58,927 nucleotides of DNA, from the NCBI GenBank assembly GCA_034780895.1, contig JAUZTB010000064.1:31942970-32001896 (forward strand), written 5' to 3'. Every line of letters starts with the position of its first letter. Within the stretch, counting starts at the first letter, position 1. Under the pieces are notes generated by a model that ran no database searches, was not told where the DNA came from, and saw only the letters and a program-made list of their open reading frames with translations. The translations under genes and the position numbers were made by a program. This DNA comes from Rhynchobatus australiae (Eukaryota). Of the stretch, positions 37,730-51,031 are shown one piece after another.

Positions 37730-39330
37730 AAGAACATGAGCTAATCTGAAATATTTCTATGGTGGCCTAACTCAGTTTATATCTTTATTAGCTCCACATG
37801 CACTGGTCTGTATTGTCTCCTGGTCCATTACTGTAAACCTTCTCCATTCTTACAACATTCTGAGATCTCTTGTTGCTACAACTCTGGTCTCTTTCGCATT
37901 CAGCAATTCCTTTACTTCACCAGTGATGGCTATGCCTTCAATGCTCTCATCCCTAAAGTCTGGTTATTTTCCCTTCACTTATTCTGACAGTCAGCTTTTA
38001 GAGTCAGGAATCATAGAGTTGTGCAGCACAGAAATGGGCCCTTCAGCCTCAGATGACATGGCTCACTAATCATATCACCACCAATTCTCATGCCATCTGC
38101 AAACTATTAATCATACCTCCTACATTGACATTCAAGTCATTAATATATATTGCAAACAACAAAGTTCCCAGCATCGATCCCTATAGTACACGACTGGTCA
38201 TAGACCAGCAATCAGAAAAACATCCTTCCACCATCACCCTCTGCTTCCTTTCACCAAGCCAATTTTGGATCCAATTAGCCATCTGGAATTGGATCCCCTA
38301 TGCTTTAGCCTTCTGGACCAACCTATCATGTGGGACCTTGCCATATGCCTTACTAAAATCCATCTAGACAATATCTACCACCTTGTCTTCATCANNNNNN
38401 NNNNNNNNNNNNNNNNNNNNNNCAATCAAATTGGTGAGGCAAGATTTCCCAGTATTATTCTGACTATCCCTGGGAAATCCCTACCTTTTCAATTGTACCT
38501 AAATCCTATCCCTCAGGATTTTTCCAGTAATTTCTCTATCATCAGCCTGTAGTTAACTGGCTTCTCCCTACTACCCTTCTTAAATAAAGGAACAACATTA
38601 TCTATACTCCAGTCTTCTGACACCGCACATGTGATGACTAATGGCTAATGAAGATGCACAAATCCTTGTCAGGGCCCCAGTCATCTTCTTCCATGCTGCC
38701 CATAGCATCCTTGTATAGCTATCATCTAGCCATGGGGATCTATCAACCATTATGTAGTGCATGATGTCTAACACCCACACCTTGTTAATACAGACACACT
38801 CCAAATTATTAATGTATCCCTCTCTGTACTCACAATCTTCCCCATTCTTTTCCTTGATGAATACAAATGAGAAGTATTCATTTAGGACCTCATCCATATC
38901 CCCTGGCTTCACACATATGTTACCCCTTTGGTCCCTNNNNNNNNNNNNNNNNNNNNNNNNNNNNNNNNNNNNNNNNNNNNNNNNNNNNNNNNNNNNNNNN
39001 NNNNNNNNNNNNNNNNNNNNNNNNNNNNNNNNNNNNATATACTTATCGAAAATCTAAGGATTCTTCTTAATCTTACTTACCAAGGATATTTTCTACCCTC
39101 TTTTGCCCTCCTACTTATTTTTTAAGTTCTCTCTTACACCATCTGTATTCCTGAGAAGACTCACTCAATTCTAGTTTTTTTTCTCTCTAGAAACTGATAA
39201 GAAGCTATTTATTTGACCGTGTTTTTGGTTATATCTTCTTCTCTGGTGAGTTACTTCTGATTTTCCTACTGTGATCTATCTAGGGACAATTCATTATGTT
39301 AAGTACATTATATGAATACAAATTGTTGTT
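37730..39330 (+). mobile_element. L2-like LINE 3' end split by a CR1 insertion
   Basis: 37730-37985 resembles an L2 ORF end (NLL..YN..RSL...NSGL, G.AF....PK.W); 39195-39330 carries an L2-like tail tatgttaag..ttatatgaatacaaattgttgtt. Confidence 0.55.
38000..39180 (-). mobile_element. Internally deleted CR1 LINE
   Basis: MDEVLNEYFSFVFIKE, VDRSP.LD..Y.RML, LDGF.KA.GKVPHDRL, WIQNWL and CR1 tail aatcatagagttgtgcagcacagaaatgggccc. Confidence 0.85.
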
Positions 39331-40709
39331 TCCCTCAGCAAGTTAATTTTAGAGTCCTTTGTTCTAATGTATTATAGTGCCAGGAAATAATCTATGCAGG
39401 GAAGTTATTGGCACAAATGGTTCTGGTTATTCTGTTTCATGGTATGAGACTAATCATTTAATAATCTGGTAAATAACTAAATCCACATACAGTGTAGGAA
39501 CAAGAGAAGACTTTAAATGGTGAATGTGTTCATGAAAACAGATCTTAGCAAGTGATTTATTTTTGTTTTCAAAATTACAATATGAATTATAAATGATACA
39601 TTTCAGCTTGATTAATGTCAGGATTTTCTGTTCTTGTAAACATTTAAGAAAAGAATTGCCAATTTTTTTCACAAAGTCAGAACTCTATTAAACGTGACCC
39701 TTTATAATACTAGATTGGTAAAGAACAACTTTCCCAACAACTTAATGTACAGAGATTATATAATAACTTGGAATGATTTTCCAAATAATAATTATAAGGC
39801 TTAATTCACAATGATGACTAAGTGCAAGAGGACAGTAAATTTAAAGGTTTTGTTAGATGTTGGTGCTTGTATATGTTTCATTGTTGAAATATTTCCGTTT
39901 AAAAATGTCAACTATTTTTTACTGTCCTCAGTGTCTGTAAACTAATTACACCAACAAAGGTAGAGATGAAATAAATAATCATTATTATTAATAGTCTTAG
40001 CAATTGTTTTAGTTTCTATTGCAGAAGATTGTGATTCTGAAGAGTTTGAATAAAATCAACCCTTCTCCATTGTGAGATTGGCTTCCTGACAAGAAATTAT
40101 GCCAAGATTGCAGACCCAGGGGAAAGGACAAATACAACTGTTTGTTTCTTAGCCTGATTTTTCTCCTGCTTCTCCTCCCATTAAATGTTCCATCAAAAAC
40201 ATGGCAATTTCTTTCTCTGGCACATGGAGTGCAGTTTATAGCTGGAGTCATGCTGAAGTCTACAAATGAATCCCATTATTTTGTCTAATAGCTGCCATCT
40301 AACTAATTGAAAATGGGCCTTTTAATTTTGTTTGTAAACTTCAAAAATAAACACTAAAGCATATTTTTAGATGGTTTTGCATGGGCAATTTGAAACAGAT
40401 GAATGATATTAANNNNNNNNNNATATTAAATACTTTAACCATTGAATTTTATCCGATATATTGTTTTTATTTCTCATTTTATTGCCCCATTCAGCATTGT
40501 AATTTTTGCCAAAGGCTTATTAACCCTGAACAACTGGATTGCTTGAGATGGATTTTGGATCCAGTTGGGATTTGAATTTTATTGGGTTAAATTTTAGGTT
40601 TGGATGAAATTGTACCTTTCCCCTAAATGATGCACCTGACATCCTTTCTTGAGTTTCTGGTAAATACGGGTTTTGGGGATGGGAACTGAGATTTTACCGA
40701 GATTTACTT

Positions 40710-41030
40710 TCATAGAATAAAGAACACAGAGCACAGCACAGAGGAGGCCATTCAACTCTTTGTGCCTGTGTTTACCAATTTGTATCCAATTAGTTCTGCT
40801 CTCTTATTCTTATGTCAATATGCTGTAATTTTTTTCTCCTTTATGTATTTATCCAATCCCCTTTTGAAAATTATTTCCACCATAATTTCAAGCAATACAA
40901 TCCAAACCGTAACAAAAAATCCTCCGCTTTTCATTTTGGCTCTTTTGTCATTTGCCTGTATCTTTTGGTGACCAATTGTCCTGCCATTGGAGATGGATTC
41001 TCCCTTTCTATTCTGTCAAAATATTTCTTT
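40710..41030 (-). mobile_element. Old CR1 3' fragment
   Basis: catagaat..cacagcacagaggaggccattca tail, tatttatccaatcccctttt. Confidence 0.65.
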
Positions 41031-41179
41031 TAAGATTTAATGCAAAAATAATTTTTAAATTGCTTTTCTTTCTCTTTCCCTCTTCTGTATATGAAAGATT
41101 CTGTTTGTAGTCTAATATTAGGAAGTGATACTTCAACTGTATGACTAATTTTTATTCGGTTTGGGCTAGTAAATAGTAA

Positions 41180-41630
41180 ATATATGGAGAGGGTGATGGA
41201 GCACAGTGCAGATTCACTGGATAGATGCCTGGGTTTAAAGAGTTAAGTTGTGACAGATTGGTTAAACTTGTTTCTTATTCCCTTGAGTTTAGAAGGTTGA
41301 GAGGTGATGTGATAGAGAGCTTTAAAATGACTTACAATAGGGTAGATACAGTGAAACTATTTCCTCTTTTGGGTAAATCCTGAACAAGGAGCACATTCAT
41401 AAAATTTGAGCTAGACCAAGTGGATTGAAATCTAACAGTACCTTCTCCTGCAAAGAGCAGGGTATATTTGTCATTCTCGTTCTGAAAATTATGTCCATGA
41501 TAGACTAATTCAAATATTCAAAACCAAGATGATAGTTCTTTATTAGGAAATGATGTGGAGCAAAAATGTATAAATGTAATTGAGATAAAGATGATGTGTT
41601 TGAACACTGACTGGTTTACTCCTGTTACTA
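41180..41630 (+). mobile_element. Old CR1 3' fragment
   Basis: gtgcagattcactgg, ttagaaggttgagaggtgat, aaactatttcctct motifs. Confidence 0.7.
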
Positions 41631-43724
41631 CTGAAGTTGGTCTCATTTATGAAATGGAGTTCACAGCAAAGAAAACACTTTTATCATTGTAGGTCACATT
41701 TCTTACCCATGGAATAAAATGCAAGTATTATATACCACAATGACAATCTTTGTATTATGTACTTTTTCCTTCTTTCTTATTCACTACTCTGACACCAGTG
41801 TCACCTCTGAGTGGCTCACCTAACTAAACTCATAGATATCATAAAAGGTACATAAAAGATGATACATTATCCAGCCAGTTCATATTAGACACGTTAAATT
41901 CTGATACTTTATTCCACTATGGAAAAACATATTAACATAGAGGAACTTGATTATAACATTTAGATCTCCTTCTTCTCTGTCACACTCACAGAATTCCATC
42001 AGGAGTCACATTAAGTACATTAGAACAGAACTGGTACTAAATACCTTCTGATGACACAACTAAATTCTCATTACAAACATTTAGAAGAGAGATCAGAGAT
42101 GGCAATGAAATATAAAAACTCCAATTAATTTCCACCTCCTTATTCCAATTGATTGCAATTTCTGCATTCATCAATGTTCAGGGAAGGAAAAAGAGAAAAT
42201 AGATAAGCATAATTGATTGCCTAGACCCTAAAGAGTTAAAGTAGTAACACTGCAAGCAGAAAATATTATCTACGACAACTGGTGCAATTTTAAAGAATTT
42301 TTACTCCATCTTGCACAATATGTTCCCTCTGCTGCAATATTTCCCATTGGTCTCTCCCTGCTTCCGCCAACCAAACCACCCGTGGACACTGGTTTCACTT
42401 TCACATTCTTTCAGGCCAGGTTTCAAGTGTATCTTATTTTAAAAGCAAACAAGGTTTATTTTCTTTTAGCAGTGCTCTAAGAGCACAGGCCTCCCATGCT
42501 CTTCCCATCAATGTCTGACAGGGCCATTAGGATTCTATTCCCACAGCCTAGACCTTTCATTGCAAATTACCCAGACAATCCATTAAACTGGAGCACGTTA
42601 TTCAACTAATGCCCTGTGCTAAATTAAAGATGGATGAAAATATTATATCAAAGCTAACTCTGGTCCTTATGACTTGCATGATTTTGTGCTTTAAATTGCA
42701 GGAAAGATAAAGAAGAAACATGACCAAGTTGTATCCATGCACCTGATTCTTTTCCTTTAAAAGGTTACAGCAAAAAAATGTTAAATTTTTTGGGTGCAAT
42801 AATATATTCTTCTATAATTTTCTTACTTTATCTTTGGAAGGTGTTGTTTCTTACTGGGTAGTGTTCCACACATTCCAGAAACATTCATCTGAAGGTGTGG
42901 AGGAGGCAGAATTAAACTGAATCTTATCTTCCTTGCCCTCCTGTCATGAGCTCTTTCCAGCAGCAGTTACTTGGATAACTGTTGGCAGGAAAACCTTGCC
43001 CTTTGTCCCCTTTCCTATCTTTACAATGAGGTGGGGGGGGGGGGCTAATTATAATACCTTACTCTTCCATTATCTGATAATAAGCAGTATAGTCTAGGGA
43101 CCAATCCATGGAAGTTTGTGGTCTGTGCATCTCAGCTATATATTGCCTTAAACAGGATAGTAGATAATTAAGTCTAGCCTGAGTCATTCAATGTACAAGG
43201 GTCATAAGATGCTTAAAAACTGTTCAGTCTATGCTGATCTCATTTTAGCAGACAGATGTGACTAATGCCATGGTTTTTAAATCTACTGATGTCAGTATAA
43301 CTATTACATACAGGTAATATGTGAAGTAATGTCACTGAAGTAATAACCTTAATTATCTCCTGTCTTGATTTGAAATTGATGTACCGACATTAAATGCAGC
43401 ACTTTCAATGTGTTAACAGCATGCCCCAAACTATAAGCCTATAGATGAGGAAAGAACAAAGTAATCAATGTATTTGCAGTTTAGATTTGCATTTTAGTTA
43501 CTTACTGNNNNNNNNNNTTTGATCACATTTTAAATAATTTACAATACAGTACAAACTTTTTGTAAAAGAACAGCACCATGTGAAATTCTTTGTACTTGGG
43601 AGTATTTGTTCTCACAGTGCAATGAAATACAATCATGAATTCTAACTCATTCACATATTGAATGTCATCCAGTATTGCTGCAGATTATTGAACCCTTTTG
43701 CCTTATCCTTTGACTACAATGATT

Positions 43725-44048
43725 TATGATCTTCCCCCGATTGAGGAGTCTAGGACAAGAAGACACAGTTTGAGAATAAGGGATAGGCCATTTAGGACTG
43801 GATGAAGATAAATTTCTTCACTCAGATGATGGTGAACCTTTGGCAGATGCCTGAGAGAAGCTCAGCTGCTTGAGTTCATTCAAAAGAGAGTGGGATATAG
43901 TGTATTTCTGGGCATTAAGCGAATGAAGGGATATGGAGATAGAATTGGAAAATGACGCTGAGGTAGAAGGTCAGTCATGATCTTGATAAATGGCAGAGCA
44001 GCCTCAAAGGTATAGCCTGCACTCCTGGTCCTATTTCTTATGTTCATG
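43725..44048 (+). mobile_element. CR1 3' end
   Basis: gagtctaggacaagaagacacagtttgagaataagggataggccattta..ttcttcactcag; tail ctcctggtcctatttcttatgttc. Confidence 0.85.
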
Positions 44049-44139
44049 TGCCAAAATCTCTGCCTATACATTATCTTTGCTGCTGTTGTTAACAAGAAAA
44101 TTGAGGTCTTTGTGTCTAGACCTAGTTTTGGTGAAAAAT

Positions 44140-44412
44140 AGTAATTGGTAATTGGTTTATTATTGTCATGTGTACAAAGATACAGTGAAAAGCTTTTGTT
44201 TGCGTACCATCTGGACAGATCATTCCAACTATAAATACATAGTACAAAAGGAAAAAAAAACAGAATATAATGTTACAATTACAGAGAATGTGCAGTGTAG
44301 GTAGAGAAATAAAGTGCAAGCGCCATGATGAGGTATATTGAGAGATCAAGAGTTCATCTTTATCATACAGAAGGTCTATTCAAGAGCCTTATAACAGTGG
44401 GATATAAGTTGT
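44140..44412 (-). mobile_element. Rex1-type 3' UTR
   Basis: Reverse complement of 11000-11270. Confidence 0.8.
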
Positions 44413-46529
44413 TACAGGAGTTTAATTACAAAACAAATATGAATGAAATATTTAAAAACCTTTCCCATCTTTGGTCATGCCAAAGTCAGAGGAATGAGAA
44501 CATTTCTTTTAGGTTACATTGCTAGTAGATTTTTAAACAGATTTCAGGGGGAGACATATTCCCTAATAAGTCCACCACAAATCAATGAAACAGTTATCCC
44601 AGAGGTAGAAACATAATTCCATCAGTGAGTAAAACAATACATTTACTCAGAATTGATTACTTATTCATTAGCATTCATCATTCTTATCCAGAATCATAAC
44701 CATTGGAAAGCGAGGGGAGAGCAATAATTACTGAGACAGGCTGATGTGGTTTGTGGATACTTTGTTGTCTCCCCTTTCTCATTGCTCAAAAGCCTGCACT
44801 TGTATCTAATATACCCACAGAACTTCTTGCCTTATTTTTGCAAATGATTTCTTCCACTTAACCACAATGTTTTAATAGGTGCCTCAATTACATCCATAAA
44901 TGGATTCTCCGCTGAATCACTAATAATACAGAGAAGCTCTTAGGAAGATCGCCCAATGTATATATTCAGTAGATCACAGAATAATACAATATGAGTACAA
45001 ATACTCACAAGTACAACAAATTTCGCATGCAGAGAAGTTTGTAAATCAATTAAAATGTGATCAAAATGAAAATACCAATCTCATTGGGTAGCTTCAGTTA
45101 TTCTCAGGAAATGGACCAGGTTGCATCCATTTTAACAGATGCAAATTCAAAGCAACAAGGATCATTTTTAGGTACTAACTCAATGATGATAGATAGACAA
45201 ATGTAATTTTTAAGGCTAACCTTTCTTAGGATATCTCCACCAAACTGCACATTGTAGAATGTTCCCTGAACAGTCCTTATGATCACCATCTTGTTGCCAC
45301 TTCATCCTCCTTCCCATAATCTGCCTTTGAACTATCGCCAGCAAGGCAGGCTGCCTGTACTTAATTTCTTTAAAATGTTCACATATTTTGATTGTAACTA
45401 TACTTCAAATAATATTTCATTGACTTAAAATATCCTGAGGTGATGAAAGGCATGATATAAATGCAAGTCACTTATTTTATTGGTACTGAGTCATCCTTTG
45501 GATTAGTCTTTCAACACCTACCTAAGTTATCTTAAATTGAGAACTCAAGATATGGGGAATTATTTCATTTTATTTGCATTTTCAAAAATTATAATACAAG
45601 GAGGCCATACTGGAACATATTTCAGTGTTTCAACGTTTGGTGAATAGATTTTGCAAGTCAGAATTTTGTGCCCTCCTGTTTCCAAGATATCCAACATGAT
45701 TGCTATGGTTCTTTGATCAAATAGTTTCAACACAGATCACATTATTGAATTGCATCATTCAAGATGCCACAACCCCTCAAACCTCACTGAGCTGCTGTAC
45801 ATTGCCAGAACAAGTTGAGAAAATCACATCTGCAATAACATCACTTTAACTCACACAACTTTAACTGCTCCCCCAACAGGCTACCAATGATATTTCAGCA
45901 GGCAGGCCAGATCTGGTGGATGCAAGCCAATTTGAGTGCTCTGGTGGACTCCCAAAAGCTTAAAAGAGATATTAATTTTCAGCCCCAAGTTATTTTACTA
46001 AACTGCTAGGTTAGAACTTAGACCTGTGTTAATCTGTCAATTCTTTTCAAATGTACTAAATTTGTCATCCAGCATTTTCTATTTAATTTCATATTTGCAG
46101 ATCTTTTTTGACCGCTACTATAGCAATATGTTGCCTGTGGCTTTCCAAAAAATATATCTAAAACACTCTTCTCTTTTAACATATGAGCCAGTGTAGCATT
46201 TTTCTTAACATAACTGTGCCTTTAAAAGTTATATGGTGTAGGAGTATTATGTTAGATGAGTTAAAATCATGAGTGAAAAAATCATTTGTTGATACCAGAA
46301 GGCTAAGATTCATGCAAGAATGCTTGTGTCGGTATCAACCAAGATATTGACATAACCCTTGATGAAAATGTTTATTTAAAATCCAATATTAAAATACTAA
46401 TTGCAGAAGGAAATACATTTTCACACAATATGTAAGGAAACTGCATTTTTTACTGAAAATTCAAAAANNNNNNNNNNTATTTTATTATAGGAATGTGGGA
46501 CAATTTTATCCCTCAAGCCAATTACATTT

Positions 46530-46935
46530 TTTAAAGAAATCAGGGCTAATCTGTGACCCAACTCCGTATATTCATATACATTTGCCTTTGGTTAACAAAA
46601 ATCTATCCTTCTCAGATTTAAAATTAATAGTTGACCTAACATCTACTGCAAAATAACAGAGTTCCAAACTTCCTGTGCCCTTTTTATGGAAGAGAGTTTT
46701 CTAGAAAAGCCAGGCTCAGATTTTTTTGGCCATACCCATACTGCTGCAGAGACAAACCAAAAAGAGATTCTCTCTAAATGTCTTAAAACTTTGAGCAAAT
46801 CATTCTGAATCTTCTAATTTGTAGGGAATAAAAGTCCAGTTTCTGTGATATTTCCTTTTAATTTAACCTTTAGGAGTCCAAGAGTTAGCCTGCTAAATTT
46901 TACACTGCTGCCAGAGAAGTGGGTGGGGGATGGAA
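46530..46935 (-). mobile_element. Very old CR1 fragment
   Basis: aaaaatctatccttctcag, cagagttccaaacttc motifs. Confidence 0.45.
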
Positions 46936-47634
46936 TTCAGAGCATTGCTCAGTTATCCATATGCATTAACTACAGGCTTAAAGTAGCTGCAGCTTAATTT
47001 TGGTCCTCTCAGTTTCTAGCTCTGGGTATGAATGCCTACATTCTATCTGCCTTTTGGTTTACTTTCTGTACCAGTCAAAGTAATGGGTGACCTTTGTAGA
47101 TGGGCTCCCAAATCTCTTTAAATCTTCACTACTTCTAGCATGAAACATATTTCTGTTCTACAACATTTAACATCAAAGTGAATGATCTAACATTTGAAAT
47201 TGAATCAGGAAAATTGTCAGTGAAAATGGTCTCAGGTTATGATTATGGCAAGTGTGTTGCAGTAAATTATCATAATTAGGACAATAATTAAATTTCTCGT
47301 GAGGTTAATCAAATTTTAAAGTTGCAATGAAAAACAATTTGTATACTTTAATTGGTCTTTCCTTGTGGAATACTAATATGTACTCAGCTTTCTTAGGACA
47401 GCCAATTATCATATTACAACATCATGATAACTACAATCAATATTCTAGCCTATTAAAAATATTCTGGCTTGCTGGCAGCTATTGAATCAGTTTCAACTGA
47501 AAACTTGGGGAAAATTTGTTAAATTTTCATTTAAATAATGAAAATTCAACACAAATATTTGTACTGACTATAATGTTTAACTGTATGATGTATAATATTT
47601 TTGATTTATGCCCAAATGTTACATGTAGAAATAC

Positions 47635-47720
47635 AAATGCTGCTTGACCTAAGTGTTTCTAGCTTTATTTTTGTTTTTGTTTCAGATCTCCAGCATCTGC
47701 AGGTTTTTTTTTGATTTTCA
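47635..47720 (+). mobile_element. Penelope-derived terminal fragment
   Basis: atgctgcttgacct..gtttcagatctccagcatctgcag. Confidence 0.55.
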
Positions 47721-47769
47721 TTGACCAACATCACCTCTACCATGTGGGGGTCTGCATACAATTCCCACT

Positions 47770-48660
47770 AGCAGTTTCTGTCCTTCCTAAATATTAATTA
47801 CCTCTGTATGTTGAGTTCCCATCCTTGGTCTCTCTGCAGCCATGTCTCGGTAATTCCAATTATATCATACCCATTTACATCCATTTGTCTGATTAATCCA
47901 TTGACCTCATTGTGAATGCTCTGTGCATGGAGACACAAGCCTTTAGTGTTATCTTTTTAACGTTCTTAGTCCCCTTGCCATTAAGGTGCACTTTGACCTT
48001 CTTTATTTTTGCCTTTGATTTCTCTGCCTTCCACTTTTGCTATTCCCTTTCCTGTCTTTTGTTTCTATCTTTGTTTCCCCTTCCTCTGTCTCCCTTCATA
48101 AGTTCCCAACCTCATACTCTTAGTTTAATCCCTCCCCTAAGGCACTACCAAACTCTTCCCTAGGACATCAGCCCCAGCCCAGCCCAAGTGCAGCCCATTA
48201 AGCTTGCATTGGTCCCATCTCTCTCAGAAACAGTTGCAACGGCCCAGGGATTTGATTCACACCCCCCCCCCCTTACACCATTTCTATCACCGGGTATTCA
48301 TCTGATTTATCCTTTAATTTCTACCCTGATTAGCACATGGCACTGGTAGTTATCCTGAGATTATGACCTTTGTGGTCCTATTTTTTTAAACTTGGTTCCT
48401 AACTTCCTATTTTCAGTTATAGGACCTCATCTCTGCTTTTCCTACACATTCTTACATAATATACACCACAATGACTGGCACCAAATCATCCTCCCTCAGC
48501 AGTCAATCCAAAATATCTTTGACCCATCATCAAGGAGGCAATATACTATCCTGGAGTTTTTTTCTCTGGCTACAGAAATGCCTGTCTGTTTCCTTACACT
48601 TCAATCCATGATTACTATATTGCTTTCATTCATTTGTCTCCCCTGCTGTGCAGCAAAACC
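47770..48660 (-). mobile_element. CR1 ORF1 (esterase-like) end and ORF2 endonuclease start
   Basis: Minus strand: RTTKVIISG.LPVPCAN, GLHLGWAGADVL, then HAQSIHNEVNGLI....NGYDIIGITETWLQ. Confidence 0.75.
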
Positions 48661-48664
48661 ATCT

Positions 48665-49262
48665 AGGGTTAAAGGCAGACTAGTCACTAAGACCCGATAG
48701 CCTGCACCCAAGGATTTTAGAGGAAGTGGCTGCAGAGATAGATTTTTAAAACCTCACTGAATATTGGGAGGGTACTAATGGATTGGACAACAGCATATGT
48801 GACTCCCTACTCAAAAATAGAGGAAGACCAAAGTTAGGAAACTATAGGCCCGTTATTTTAACATGTATTATTGGCAAGATGCTAGTTAATAATCAAAGAA
48901 GAAATAACTAATCATTAGGGAAATCAGATCAAGTCAGCATAATTTCATGAAAGGCAAATTATGTTTAACAAATTTGTTTGAGTTCTTTGAAGTTGTAAAA
49001 AGTAGAGTAGATAGAGGGGATCCTGCAGATGTTGTATATTCAAACTTCCAAAAGGCATTTGACAAGGTGCCACTAAGAGGCTGGTGTACCAGGTAAAAGA
49101 TCATTGCATTAGAAGAAGTGTTAGCATGAATTAAAGGCAGGTTATCACACAGAAAACAGTGAATTGGAACAAATGGGTCCTTTCCAGGTTCAAAAGATGT
49201 AACTTGCGGTGTAATTTCTAGGTTAATTTCTTGGCCCTCAAATAATCTGCTATTTACATGAA
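48665..49262 (+). mobile_element. CR1 ORF2 RT fragment
   Basis: LKAD.S..PD.LHP.IL.EVAAEI, GNYRPV.LT..IGK, QHNFMKGKLCLTNLFEFFE, DVVYSNFQKAFDKVP. Confidence 0.85.
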
Positions 49263-50132
49263 ATACCAGGAGGAGGGGCAGAAAGACGCTCAGGTTTGCT
49301 GTGATTCTGCAACTGGATGTAGGTAGGTGGAGTGATTTGGGCGATAAATCCTCAGGAGACAAACTATCCAATGACATTTACTAAAAAAAACCCTGACTCT
49401 AACAGCTACCTTGACTACACCTCCACCCACCAGATCTCTTGTAAGATGACATCCGTTTCTCTCACCTTCACTGTTTCCACTATATCTGCTCTGAAGATGA
49501 GGCCTTCTGTTGCAGGACATCTGAAATGTCCTCCTTTATGAGGAAATGTGGCATCCCCTTAGTGTAGTTAATGGAGCACTCCTGTGCATTCCCTCTATTT
49601 CCAAGACTTCAGCTCTCAAGCCTCCCCCCTCCAAACAGCATAGAGATAAAATTTCCCTTGGTCCTCACCTTTCACCCTGGTAGCCTCTGTATCCAGTATA
49701 TCATCCTTCTTCATTTCTGCCTGTTGCAATGGGATCCCACCACCAGCCATGCCTTCCCCTTCCTGCTATTCACAGGGACTACCCTTTCCATGACTCCGTG
49801 GTCTGCTCATCCCTCCTCGCTCTTTCTTTTGCACCCACCTCTCCCTGACGCCTGGCACTTTCTGCTGCAATGGCGGGAGGTGCAATACTTGTGCCTACAC
49901 CTCCTCCTTCACCACCATGGAGGACCCTAAACAGCCATTCCAGGTGAGTCAAAGATTCTTATGCGTCTTCTCCAACCTGCATTTGGTGCTCTCGATGTGG
50001 CCTCCTCTACACCCTCTACATCAGTGAGACCAAGAACAGACTTGGAGACCAGTTCAGAGAGGACCTGTGCTCTGTCTGCAGTTGCCATCCCGTGCTCCCA
50101 GTCGCATGCCATTTTCACCTCCCCTTCCAATT

Positions 50133-50345
50133 TTGTACATTCTGCCCCCCAGAATGTCTGCGTGGGTTTCCTCCGGGTGCTCCAGTTTCCTCCCAGATTC
50201 CAAAGACGTACAGGTTAGGAAGTTGTGGGCATGCTATGTTGGCGCCAGAAACGTGGCAACATTTGCGGGCTGCCCCCCAGAACACTATGCAAAAGAAGTA
50301 TTTCACTGTGTTTCGATGTACATGTGACTAATAAAGGTATATTGA
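50133..50345 (+). mobile_element. V-SINE-like insert with Rex1-like tail inside Penelope
   Basis: gtctgcgtgggtttcctccgggtgctccagtttcctccca V-domain; tail tttcactgtgtttcgatgtacatgtgactaataaa resembles 11230-11265. Confidence 0.8.
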
Positions 50346-50994
50346 TCTTTAATTCCCACACCAACCTGGTCAATGTCAGCCCTCTCCACAGCCAAGGTGA
50401 TGCCAAACAAGACTTGAAGAACAACATCTCATAGTCTACCTGGGTAGTTTACAACCCAATGGTATGAACATTGAACTTTCCAACTTCAGGTAACCCTTAC
50501 CCATGCCCCCCCCACTTAAGTCTCCACACTCTCTTTTATCCATAAACCCCTCTAGTTCCCATCTCTCAGTTTTGTCCCCCTCCCCCAGTTGGTTCCATCC
50601 ATCTATCACTCACACACTTTTCCCACAGGGTCTCTATGTCCTCCCCAGCTGGTTCCAGCTGCCCCATTAGCACTCACTTCTCTTGATCCACATTACCTTC
50701 CCTATTTATCAGAGTCCAGCATTTGCACCACTTGTGCCTCCACTTATCACCCCTCAGCCTCTACCTTCACTCTCCCCTCTCCCCACCTGGCTCCTTCTGC
50801 CCTTTATTCTCCTTCTTTGTCTGTTTCCACCTGTCACCCCCTGTCTCCCAACTCCACTTCTTGCCCTCCCCCACCCCCACCTTTCATCATCTGCTCATCA
50901 TCCCTCAACACCTAGGTCCACTTATCACCTACTAACCCCTGCCTCACCCCTCCCTCTCTCCCCTTTATTCTGGCTATCCTGCCTCTACGCTCTC

Positions 50995-51031
50995 TGACCT
51001 GATGAAGGGTCTTGACCTGAAACGTCAACTA
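50995..51031 (+). ncRNA. Hammerhead ribozyme motif (core intact, stem I decayed)
   Basis: CUGAUGA(50999-51005)-A-GGGUC(UU)GACCU-GAAA-C-GUC(51024-51026). Confidence 0.55.

Noticed and set aside
50589-50997. Pro/Ser/Leu-rich ORFs (also 1207-1782)
   Set aside because: By-products of the C/T-rich Penelope 3' UTR, which is poor in stop codons.
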